Positions 50,501 through 60,644 of a stretch of DNA of 64,000 nucleotides are shown here, in pieces. The stretch lies in the IMG/VR virus record IMGVR_UViG_3300045988_158256. One strand, 5' to 3'. Position 1 is the first letter of the stretch. Each line of letters begins with the position of its first letter. Made by a program: the position numbers and the translations under genes. This DNA comes from a virus. Taxonomy: Duplodnaviria > Heunggongvirae > Uroviricota > Caudoviricetes. The notes beneath the pieces are model-generated. The model ran no database searches. It saw only the letters and a list, made by a program, of their open reading frames with translations, and was not told the DNA's origin.

Positions 50501-53500
50501 CCGGCAGGAAACGATAGGTGATCCTGCGATAGTACAGGTCCATGTCAGTACATACGCGGTCCATATCCCTGATTATTGAGAAGATCGGACGGGCTTTCTC
50601 GTGCTCAATCACGCCGTCTTCATTGACCGAGGTCGTTACGCCATTGTTGGCTTTGGCCGCCGCTTCCGCCTGCTGACGCAATTCTTCATACGCCGCCAGT
50701 TGTTCTTCAGTAAGTGGTGCATCCTGCTGGTGTTCGTCCAGCTCCGGGATCTCCACGGTATCCTTAACGTCTTCCGCCGTTTTAAGCGTTACCCAGCGAT
50801 GGAATATACCGCGCAGCGCATCAAGGTTTTCAAAGCCCACCAGCGCCATTTTTTCTTCAACTTCACCGCTAATTTTCTGTACCGTTTCCAGCCTGGTCTT
50901 GCCGAAGAATTTAACGAAGTCATCAGGACCGTAGATCCCCATGTTCTGCCAGTATTCCTTCGGCAGAACATGAGAAAGCATGTTGTATGCATCGATCGGG
51001 GTGTTAACGACTGGCGTTGCAGTCAGGAGAACCGGCCCGCGCCCGCCATTCTTTTTCATCAGGTACGCGTTTTTAATTGCCATATCTCGCGCCGATTGCG
51101 CCACCGCGCTGGTGGGCAGATAGGCCAGTTGTGACGCTTCGCGACCATTTTTATAGCTATTGCGGTAGTTGTGACCTTCGTCAGCGATCACACTATCGAA
51201 GCCCATATCCTCAAAGTACGGATACTTCTCTGCTTTTTCGGTGCCGGTATCTGAATACTCCGACAATACCCGGCGACGCGCAGCCTCTTTGCGGTGGGAG
51301 TCGGAGTCCATTGCGCTGGCTACGCGCCCGGCGGCAACGAAGTCATAAAGCATATCCTGTGCATGCTCATCTACGGTGTCATCACGTAGCGGAATGCGGG
51401 CGTATTGTTCTTTGGTAAACACGACTGCACGGTAATTTGAGTGCGGGATCGCGTTCATCCGCGCCGTGATAGTGGCTTCATCTGCCAGCTTAAGAGCATC
51501 GCGCATAACTGGAGTGCCATCAGTACCAAGAACAGGTTTACCGTTCTCATCGAGCACCGGCACCTGGCGAATCTGATCGCCATCCATCAGCACATCAAGA
51601 CCGACGAACAGGTAGTTACTGAATGCCTCTTCACTCAGGAATTCTTTTGCTTCGTAATACCAGTTTTCCAGCACTGATTTAGGCACTACATACGCAGTAC
51701 GGGTGGAGCGACCGTTCTCATAGTTGAACGCCTCAAGCGCCAGCGCGGTCGTGGTTTTACCCAGCCCAGTGCCGAAGCCCAGGATACCGCGCCCATCTTC
51801 GGACAGTCGGCGCACCTCGCTATTCTGGTAATCAAATGGCTGGCGCTTACCGCTTAATCCCTTCAACCCAAGCGGATCGCCAGAGTGTTCATACGGGATA
51901 TTGCTATTGAACACATCGTTGTATTTGGCAACCAGCTCATCGTAGCGATCGTGCGTCTTGATCCACGTATTGAACTGGTCCTCAAGCAGTGCCATCTGCT
52001 CGCGGTAGCCGTTCGCCGTCGCGCTATCTTTGCCACCGATACGCGCACCATTGAGATACTTTTCCAGCTGTGCCGGGAACCCGGTCGCGTTTTCACCTGA
52101 TTTACGGTCCCACTCGTAGCGGATCTCGCCTGTTTCTTTATCCTTGCGCTGGACGACACCGTATCGGTGCCCGACGAACAGACCATCACCACCGTGATAG
52201 GTGTCAGAAACCATTTCGTCGCCTTCCAGCTGCACTGACTGCACATAGCGAAGATCCGGATAGCCGTTTTCCTGCAAAAATTCCAGAATGACGGAACGGT
52301 CGAACCAACGGCTATTGAGCTTAAAGCGGATATTCTCTGCTGGCGTCTTGATGCGCTTCTCTTCGATCGCTGCCAGCTGATTAAGGACGTTGTTCTTTAC
52401 TGGACCGTCGGGGAGTGTGGCAAGGAATTCCTGTTTTGGTACCACTATCTCGTTAATGTCGCCGCTGGTGGCGCGGGCGAACGGAACAATCCCGCCATAC
52501 GGTGAAACCGCAATGCCAGGGGTGCTGGCCAATAAATTAAGCAACTCGTCATCACTGGCTGGCAGTTCGCCGGTAAACGCAAGGCGGAAATCATCGAGCT
52601 GGATTGGATCGCGAGTGAGATCACTGTAGAGATAACGCAGGGTGTCCTGATAGCTGGTGGAGTCATAACTGGCGCTGGAATCATGCGTAACCAGTTTTCC
52701 TGTCAGCTCGTCAGAAATAGTGCCATCCAGCTTAATTGCACCACGGAAAGCAAACCAGGCGCGCGCACCGCTCCCCGATAATTTCGCTATCGGACCGCGA
52801 CCGGGGTTACCAAAACGGTCAATCTCTGCCTGCAAACGGGATACCAGAGAAAGGCGCTGCTGTTCGATTTGTTCAGCACTATGCCCGGCGGCCTTCATGT
52901 CCTGATATTCAATTAACATCCGGCCAATCATCGCCCCGCGATACAAGCGTTCACGGTATTTTTCAGGCTGGCTGTTAATCCAGTCCACCAGCTGCACCAT
53001 ATCGTCGCTGATTGATGTGGTGTACTTATCGCGGACATTTGCCATCTGGGTAAATGTCATACCGAGACGGCCTTCTGTTGTAGTCAGGTTACGCTGAAGA
53101 GCCTCCCAGCTGTCCGCGCCATAACTGGCAACATCAATCTTCAGCTCCTTCCCTGCATCAGCTTCAATCCAGCGACCACCAGCATATTTTTGCCATACGC
53201 CATTAATCAGGCGCATTTCCCCTTCATCAACAACGTCTGCGGTCGGTGACGGTTCAGCCATATTGAGCAAAGACCAGTCGATACGACTTTCGAAACGATG
53301 AATCAGCTTCGCTTTAAGAGCCTGGTTATCAATCTGCCCGTCGGCACGAACCTCAATACGCCCCTGGAATCCCTTCTCCTGAGTGCCATGAACAAACCGG
53401 CGGCCGTCCTTTTCAAACCACTTGCCAGAAATAAACGTTGGCCAAAGCACATTTGCCGATTCAAGAGTGCTTTCATCCACCAGGGGGATTTTCTCAGCCA

Positions 53501-54335
53501 TCTCTGCCGGATGTTTGCGCATCAGCACCACATCAACGACTGTACTGGTCCCGTTTGCGTCAAAAGTACCGGTAGGCAAGCGGTGAGCACCAAGAAATTC
53601 AGCTTTCCGTGATAGGCGCAGGCGTAACCGCTTCATGTTTGAACCTGAAACAATGGACGGCGGCACAATCACGCACATGAATCCGCCTGGCTTTATCTTG
53701 TCCAGCATGCGGAGCATGAAGTAAGAACCCATGTCCGTTTCTTCTGCGTAAGGCTTATCGATGTTGCGTGTGTTATCACGACCACCGAACGGAACGTTAC
53801 CCACAACATGGTCGAATGAATCGTTAGGCGTGCTTACAGCCAGCTGTTCGAACGGGGAAATCTGTACGCTGTCTTCCGGGTGTAACAGCTGGTTTATACG
53901 ACCGGAAACACTGCTGATCTCAGTCGCAGTCATCACCGTACCAACCGGTTTTGTCTCATTAAAAACGCCGGTGCCCGCCGATGGTTCCAGAGTGTTACCT
54001 ACGTCCGCGCCGTAGAGCTTCATGATCTCCCAGACACCTTCAGCGATCGGCTTTGGTGTGTAATATTCGGAGACGGACCCGCCAATGCCGCCTTCACCGG
54101 TGTACCCAGCCAGGATCTGGCGCTGTTCATCTGTCAGTGTCGCGCCGTCCACCAGCGAATTAAGCAAATCTATCGCCTTCTGATTCGCCTCCCGGCGCAG
54201 TCGGTCATAGCTTTTGCCTTCCACCTTTTCCACGCCGTATTTAATCGGCGCTCGGTGAGATGTTATTGCCCTAATGTATTTCAATATTTCGCTGACACTT
54301 GAACAGCGAAACACCCCCATAGATAGCTTGTTCAT
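47568..54335 (-). CDS. darB: DarB antirestriction protein (methyltransferase plus helicase domains)
   Basis: 2255-aa ORF, exactly the size of P1 DarB; N-terminal SAM-dependent MTase-like region, central SF2 helicase motifs (GTGLGKTT, DEGH). Confidence 0.9.
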   Translation of the reverse strand: MNKLSMGVFRCSSVSEILKYIRAITSHRAPIKYGVEKVEGKSYDRLRREANQKAIDLLNSLVDGATLTDEQRQILAGYTGEGGIGGSVSEYYTPKPIAEGVWEIMKLYGADVGNTLEPSAGTGVFNETKPVGTVMTATEISSVSGRINQLLHPEDSVQISPFEQLAVSTPNDSFDHVVGNVPFGGRDNTRNIDKPYAEETDMGSYFMLRMLDKIKPGGFMCVIVPPSIVSGSNMKRLRLRLSRKAEFLGAHRLPTGTFDANGTSTVVDVVLMRKHPAEMAEKIPLVDESTLESANVLWPTFISGKWFEKDGRRFVHGTQEKGFQGRIEVRADGQIDNQALKAKLIHRFESRIDWSLLNMAEPSPTADVVDEGEMRLINGVWQKYAGGRWIEADAGKELKIDVASYGADSWEALQRNLTTTEGRLGMTFTQMANVRDKYTTSISDDMVQLVDWINSQPEKYRERLYRGAMIGRMLIEYQDMKAAGHSAEQIEQQRLSLVSRLQAEIDRFGNPGRGPIAKLSGSGARAWFAFRGAIKLDGTISDELTGKLVTHDSSASYDSTSYQDTLRYLYSDLTRDPIQLDDFRLAFTGELPASDDELLNLLASTPGIAVSPYGGIVPFARATSGDINEIVVPKQEFLATLPDGPVKNNVLNQLAAIEEKRIKTPAENIRFKLNSRWFDRSVILEFLQENGYPDLRYVQSVQLEGDEMVSDTYHGGDGLFVGHRYGVVQRKDKETGEIRYEWDRKSGENATGFPAQLEKYLNGARIGGKDSATANGYREQMALLEDQFNTWIKTHDRYDELVAKYNDVFNSNIPYEHSGDPLGLKGLSGKRQPFDYQNSEVRRLSEDGRGILGFGTGLGKTTTALALEAFNYENGRSTRTAYVVPKSVLENWYYEAKEFLSEEAFSNYLFVGLDVLMDGDQIRQVPVLDENGKPVLGTDGTPVMRDALKLADEATITARMNAIPHSNYRAVVFTKEQYARIPLRDDTVDEHAQDMLYDFVAAGRVASAMDSDSHRKEAARRRVLSEYSDTGTEKAEKYPYFEDMGFDSVIADEGHNYRNSYKNGREASQLAYLPTSAVAQSARDMAIKNAYLMKKNGGRGPVLLTATPVVNTPIDAYNMLSHVLPKEYWQNMGIYGPDDFVKFFGKTRLETVQKISGEVEEKMALVGFENLDALRGIFHRWVTLKTAEDVKDTVEIPELDEHQQDAPLTEEQLAAYEELRQQAEAAAKANNGVTTSVNEDGVIEHEKARPIFSIIRDMDRVCTDMDLYYRRITYRFLPEYADAVQQLADSLPKQATSEDDDSDDSITQQSQYSLIDKGEFIQLQVPEAFEQEVNKRLAKFGIDEQTVTHPVTPKYAKLIATLKEFFPEGKQIIFTDEKTQHQKLKRIICNALNLEPSKVGILNAQTVAEAGKTGKKLKAVKPPKELPDEPTDAQIAKYNEQMALYDAYIAQQNEMSLGGLEKIAADFQEGRTPIIICNKKAEVGINLHRGTTDIHHLTLPWTPASIAQRNGRGARVGSNRASVRVHYYCGKGSFDEYRLKTLKRKAGWISDILRSDKSEMENADANDMIEMQMYTAKDDGERLAMMQVQMDKAKAAQRARQKEQATIDLQNYIKAQHAAGEDVEVLTAELERSKAELEKTTAEVAKFKQAVMAKAADNADWKARWGSVHHTDRMLLAQYRASLKNAIQRKANISQAISRYEKLLNRTQKAATDIKRLRPLVEDAINKGILDVDPDLVNHASEFLVIGDRSWRVGQYYDCAGDIVRIKSLDFDSQRADVEIIFTFKGTKSGNWDVKTLDKQVDVTPDEDAVMQKISGGVSIAGINDIISCDDFYRFQQRGMIKITDSYGVQTTESGYSIDFVGTYTDPLKHAVYPDRRDGALKSSIAKWVLGMMSEGNNRQIRSAETFLVELFGSNYGDVIASYGDALSPEAIQEKIADAIARMPEKTSQGATRNGDSELEVTNAIFGTNEFRASDYEITTAQFGTIGIYSNKAEIKQAMDAASARIAAEREANLNHAVAALTQSWVTAIREAATTGKITPAIADVVNDGSKFMDAYQMDAVKLPSAYGQLSYRMTYNLVSMFSDLAILGLVDLNEVTPELLSMRKNHVEILQRINTVLAGRTDEEKQADADRINLALGNITEEEIAARNEKQEELSSIQGDATSIAQSLGLNYRVSTADLKMMYAPKFAAGEVFGLQEASGMKGVLFRAKDAIKAKFGARWLPAKAKNSDFPGNWWIIETKHNVADVLAVIQQYA

Positions 54336-54346
54336 TGGTAATCCTT

Positions 54347-54357
54347 AACAAGTGACT
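54347..54357 (+). promoter_or_regulatory. late-promoter-like box AACAAGTGACT in darB/prt divergent region
   Basis: Followed by GTTAAAT about 10 nt downstream; 54 nt upstream of prt. Confidence 0.45.
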
Positions 54358-54401
54358 AGTGTTAAATTCCGTTCAAACACGATGTGAATTATTCTAATTA
54401 A

Positions 54402-57132
<2,731 letters not shown>

Positions 57133-57145
57133 CCATCAAAAATAA

Positions 57146-57170
57146 CCCCGGCGGCTGCCGGGGTTCTCGT
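57146..57170. terminator. terminator hairpin after pro
   Basis: CCCCGGC-ggct-GCCGGGG hairpin followed by T-rich tract. Confidence 0.55.
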
Positions 57171-57176
57171 TAACTA

Positions 57177-57431
57177 TTATCGCCTTCGTCTGCGTGCCAT
57201 ATATTTTCGCACCGCGCGACGTGGGCAATCTGAAGCGGTTTCTTTCTGCTGCATCAATCTTGCAGCCATGCTCAAAAATGTCAGGCACAGCCGAAGCCCG
57301 GCATATAATAGCGGTTCCAGTGGCCACGTCTCATTGAGCACATATACCGCCATGAAAATCGAGTCGAAAACTATCGCCGCCAGCGATAACTTCATTGTCG
57401 AAAGTCGGCGGAGCTGCCGGAGTTTATTCAT
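57177..57431 (-). CDS. small membrane protein downstream of lysozyme
   Basis: 84-aa ORF with hydrophobic segments and basic C-terminus. Confidence 0.35.
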   Translation of the reverse strand: MNKLRQLRRLSTMKLSLAAIVFDSIFMAVYVLNETWPLEPLLYAGLRLCLTFLSMAARLMQQKETASDCPRRAVRKYMARRRRR

Positions 57432-57981
57432 TGACCAGTCCCGTCAGGCAAAGCTGGCGTTCTTTTTCACGGCGAATCTTTAAACCTCGCAGGGGCACGC
57501 CGTTACTGTTCACGAAATCAGGGAGATGGTTACACATATTCACCCATTCTCCTTTCTGCGCCCACTTGTGGATGGACGTTTCTACTCGCATGCCTCGCGC
57601 TTTGCTGTAGTAGGTCCGTAAGCTATTGCATCCCATATTGAATGCCGCGCTTGTCATTGCACTGAAGGCATTATCGGGCATGTCTTTGCCCCGGAAGTGC
57701 TGATTAATACAGCGTTCAGCGATCAGGATATTCTTTTCCCAATCAGCGGCGATTTGCTGGTCTGTTTTTCGCACACCCGGCGTTACCCCGTGTGTATTAC
57801 CGATCCCGTCAGTCCATACCCCTGCCGGGCACATGTATGGATCACGTCGGCAACCTTCAGCGTTACCAATCAGCTCAAGCCCCGCCTGGTTGGTTCGCAC
57901 ATTGCCATTACCCATCACGATGGTAATCATCACCGCGATAGCGCAAATTGCACCGCCTCCTGCGGCTGTTTTTCCCTTCAT
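57424..57981 (-). CDS. lyz: T4-type lysozyme (endolysin)
   Basis: 185 aa from MKGK; Glu/Asp/Thr catalytic-type motif LELIGNAEGCRRDPYMCPAGVWTDGIGNT. Confidence 0.8.
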   Translation of the reverse strand: MKGKTAAGGGAICAIAVMITIVMGNGNVRTNQAGLELIGNAEGCRRDPYMCPAGVWTDGIGNTHGVTPGVRKTDQQIAADWEKNILIAERCINQHFRGKDMPDNAFSAMTSAAFNMGCNSLRTYYSKARGMRVETSIHKWAQKGEWVNMCNHLPDFVNSNGVPLRGLKIRREKERQLCLTGLVNE

Positions 57982-58080
57982 AAAGACCTCATAAGCGAAT
58001 TTTTTACGCTCCAGGACAAACACCCATTCACAGCCAATACCGACTGACTCGATCCCTTTAGAAGGCACAGGATAATGCAA

Positions 58081-58094
58081 ATCACTTGTTAGCT
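58081..58094 (-). promoter_or_regulatory. late-promoter-like box (minus strand AGCTAACAAGTGAT)
   Basis: ACAAGTGA motif upstream of lyz. Confidence 0.4.
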
Positions 58095-58114
58095 ACGTTT
58101 CAAAGATATACATT

Positions 58115-58131
58115 ATTGCTCTAATTATTTT
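58115..58131 (+). promoter_or_regulatory. C1 operator upstream of ssb
   Basis: ATTGCTCTAATTATTTT, 16/17. Confidence 0.6.
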
Positions 58132-58150
58132 ATTTTATTAGGTAAGAAAA

Positions 58151-58639
58151 GTGGCACAACGCGGTGTAAACAAAGTCATCCTGATTGGTACCCTGGGGCA
58201 AGACCCGGAGATCAGGTATATACCAAATGGCGGCGCGATCGGAAGACTCAGCATCGCAACGAATGAATCATGGCGCGACAAGCAAACGGGCCAACAGAAA
58301 GAGCAAACAGAATGGCATAAAGTCGTTTTGTTCGGAAAACTTGCTGAAATTGCGAGTGAGTATTTACGAAAAGGTTCTCAGGTCTACATCGAAGGGAAAC
58401 TTAAAACCCGTAAGTGGACAGATGACGCCGGTGTAGAACGTTACACGACGGAAATTATCGTCAGCCAGGGCGGCACCATGCAAATGATCGGCGCTCGCCG
58501 TGACGATTCACAGTCCTCAAATGGCTGGGGGCAATCAAACCAACCTCAAAACCACCAGCAATACAGTGGTGGCGGTAAACCTCAGAGCAACGCCAATAAC
58601 GAACCTCCAATGGACTTTGACGACGATATTCCGTTTTGA
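58151..58639 (+). CDS. ssb: single-stranded DNA-binding protein
   Basis: 162 aa; OB-fold N-terminus, Gly/Gln-rich linker, acidic tail DFDDDIPF. Confidence 0.95.
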   Translation: MAQRGVNKVILIGTLGQDPEIRYIPNGGAIGRLSIATNESWRDKQTGQQKEQTEWHKVVLFGKLAEIASEYLRKGSQVYIEGKLKTRKWTDDAGVERYTTEIIVSQGGTMQMIGARRDDSQSSNGWGQSNQPQNHQQYSGGGKPQSNANNEPPMDFDDDIPF

Positions 58640-58836
58640 ATGTGTAAAAAACGACTGAAAGAAAAGCGGTGGTCCAGACGCCGACAAAAGCACGAACTCG
58701 CAAACAAACGCCAAAGTTGGCAATGGCACGCGCTCTTCACGAAAAGAACACCCCGAGATATTGCGTTCGCTGGTGGGAAAACATTCCTGACCCACCTGAA
58801 GGCGCAATACATCAGGTTTTAAGCAGAGGAAAGACT

Positions 58837-59514
58837 ATGAATAACATGACAACGAAAGAGCTTTTGACGGCACTTCCAAAATACAAAAGCCATAAAACAG
58901 TTCGCGCCTCAAAAATCAAAGATATCGAAATTATCGCCCTAATGGATGTGGTCCTTTTTTGCAACATCGAAGTCGTTGAGCCAGAAGGGGTAAAAGTCCA
59001 TGTTGATAAAATATTTTTGCAAAAACACCGACCAGAAATTGGCGGATATCTGGTCGCTTATGAGGACGGATCTCTGTCCTATTCACCAGAAAAAACATTT
59101 GAAGAAGGCTTTAGTCGGACTAACGACTTCTTCGAAAATGGGGTATCGCTCAGCATTGAAGGTCACAATGGGGTGACATTCATTACAGCCAGGGACGTAA
59201 CTATTTCTGCTGGCGGTATCGCTACTCTACAAGAAGAAATCGACCTTGAAGCAGCCGACTTTTCTGACGCGCTGATGTGGCTGAAGGATGGCAAGAAAGT
59301 TGCCCGACGCGGGTGGAACGGCGAAAACCAATTCTGCTGGCTGGTTCCTGAAGGACAGTACCCGGCACGAATGGAAGCCATTAAGGGATATTTCCCCGGC
59401 GACCTCGTTCCGTATGGTGCTTATTTCGCCTTAAAAAATGCACAAGGTGTAGTTGTTCCGTGGGTTCCTTCTGTAGGCGACTTACTGGCATGTGACTGGT
59501 TTGTAGTGGAGTGA
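58837..59514 (+). CDS. two-domain protein with DUF2829 (Tad2-like) C-terminal domain
   Basis: 225 aa from MNNMTTKELL (GAGGAAAG SD); C-terminal ALMWLKDGKKVARRGWNGENQF ... YGAYFALKNAQGVVVPWVPSVGDLLACDWFVV fits DUF2829 pattern. Confidence 0.5.
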   Translation: MNNMTTKELLTALPKYKSHKTVRASKIKDIEIIALMDVVLFCNIEVVEPEGVKVHVDKIFLQKHRPEIGGYLVAYEDGSLSYSPEKTFEEGFSRTNDFFENGVSLSIEGHNGVTFITARDVTISAGGIATLQEEIDLEAADFSDALMWLKDGKKVARRGWNGENQFCWLVPEGQYPARMEAIKGYFPGDLVPYGAYFALKNAQGVVVPWVPSVGDLLACDWFVVE

Positions 59515-59520
59515 TTTAAC

Positions 59521-60303
59521 GTGGAAAATACTAAAGCAATTCAATACCGCCTGCGTAATGGTCAGAGTGTCGAAGTGACCATCAATCATGATGGTGTGCC
59601 TGGCGAAAAGGTTTCGATCTCTGCTCTGGCTATCGAAAAAACCATCATGTGCCACCTTGGCTTTACTGAAGAAGTGAGCAAAAAGCATGGTGTAGCAATC
59701 TGGAGCGCAATGGATACTGGTATGCGCAGATTCATTACTGCTCGTACCCCAGGGATGACCATGATGGACCTCATGCAGATTGCGCCGCTGTTTGAATGTG
59801 AGCCTTTAGATGTATTCAGCAATCCAGCTATCTGCCAGCAGCTATATGGTGAGATGAAACTCGCGGTTACCCCCATTGTGCTGCATGAAGGATCGCTTGC
59901 TGGCGTGTGGAAAGTGGAGCGTATTTCAAGCTACATGCCTTTCCATGTCAACGGCGTAATCACTGGTGAAAATCAACCTGTTTCCGTTATAAAGTCAGAC
60001 CTCAAGCGCGCAATTCTTGAAGCAAGTTGTCGAGTTGTCGGCCTGGGCAAACAGTCTTATGTTTCCTTCCCGGCTGGCCCTGAAGGCCCGGCAGAAATTC
60101 TGATTATGGATGCCGATCTGCTCTGGCAAATACAGTTTCTGATTGGCAAAAGCATCATCCGCGCTGAAGAACTCGATCAGTACATTACCTGCACGATGAC
60201 GGATGAAGTCAAAAGTGTGGCTATAGCCAATGCCCGGAACCTATGTCGTGCTGCATTAACAGAACTGCAAGAAAACACCACGGAAGAAGTGGAAAGCGAT
60301 TAA
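59521..60303 (+). CDS. hypothetical protein
   Basis: 260-aa ORF, GTG start, followed by bidirectional terminator. Confidence 0.45.
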   Translation: MENTKAIQYRLRNGQSVEVTINHDGVPGEKVSISALAIEKTIMCHLGFTEEVSKKHGVAIWSAMDTGMRRFITARTPGMTMMDLMQIAPLFECEPLDVFSNPAICQQLYGEMKLAVTPIVLHEGSLAGVWKVERISSYMPFHVNGVITGENQPVSVIKSDLKRAILEASCRVVGLGKQSYVSFPAGPEGPAEILIMDADLLWQIQFLIGKSIIRAEELDQYITCTMTDEVKSVAIANARNLCRAALTELQENTTEEVESD

Positions 60304-60335
60304 AAAAAATCCCGCCGACTGGCGGGATTTCTTCA
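60304..60335. terminator. bidirectional terminator
   Basis: A8, TCCCGCC-gact-GGCGGGA hairpin, T-run. Confidence 0.7.
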
Positions 60336-60644
60336 ATATACGATCTGGTCTACATGATCACCAAAATCATCGTCGTCGTCGTCCTCATCGCCACCATCTA
60401 CTGCTGGCCAATCAACAAACCAGCCAGCGTAAAGATGCAGCGTTCGGAGAACATCACTTGCGGGAGCATCAAGGGTGTTAACGAATCCCATATAGCTATT
60501 GGGATTTGCCCCAGCTATGGCTTCAGCGATCATGTCCTCGGTAATGTCACCGGAGATAATGCTTAAACGCCCGGAAACTTCTTCATTATCATCAAATTCG
60601 ATAATGGCATCTCCACCTAATGGCGCTGCGATTTTAATCTGCAT
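60333..60644 (-). CDS. small acidic protein downstream of ddrB-like gene
   Basis: 103-aa ORF with poly-Asp stretch; overlaps upstream gene end. Confidence 0.4.
   Translation of the reverse strand: MQIKIAAPLGGDAIIEFDDNEEVSGRLSIISGDITEDMIAEAIAGANPNSYMGFVNTLDAPASDVLRTLHLYAGWFVDWPAVDGGDEDDDDDDFGDHVDQIVY

Noticed and set aside
47699-54015. Numerous plus-strand ORFs of 60-180 aa inside the darB locus
   Set aside because: All lie antisense within the uninterrupted 2255-aa darB reading frame; typical shadow ORFs
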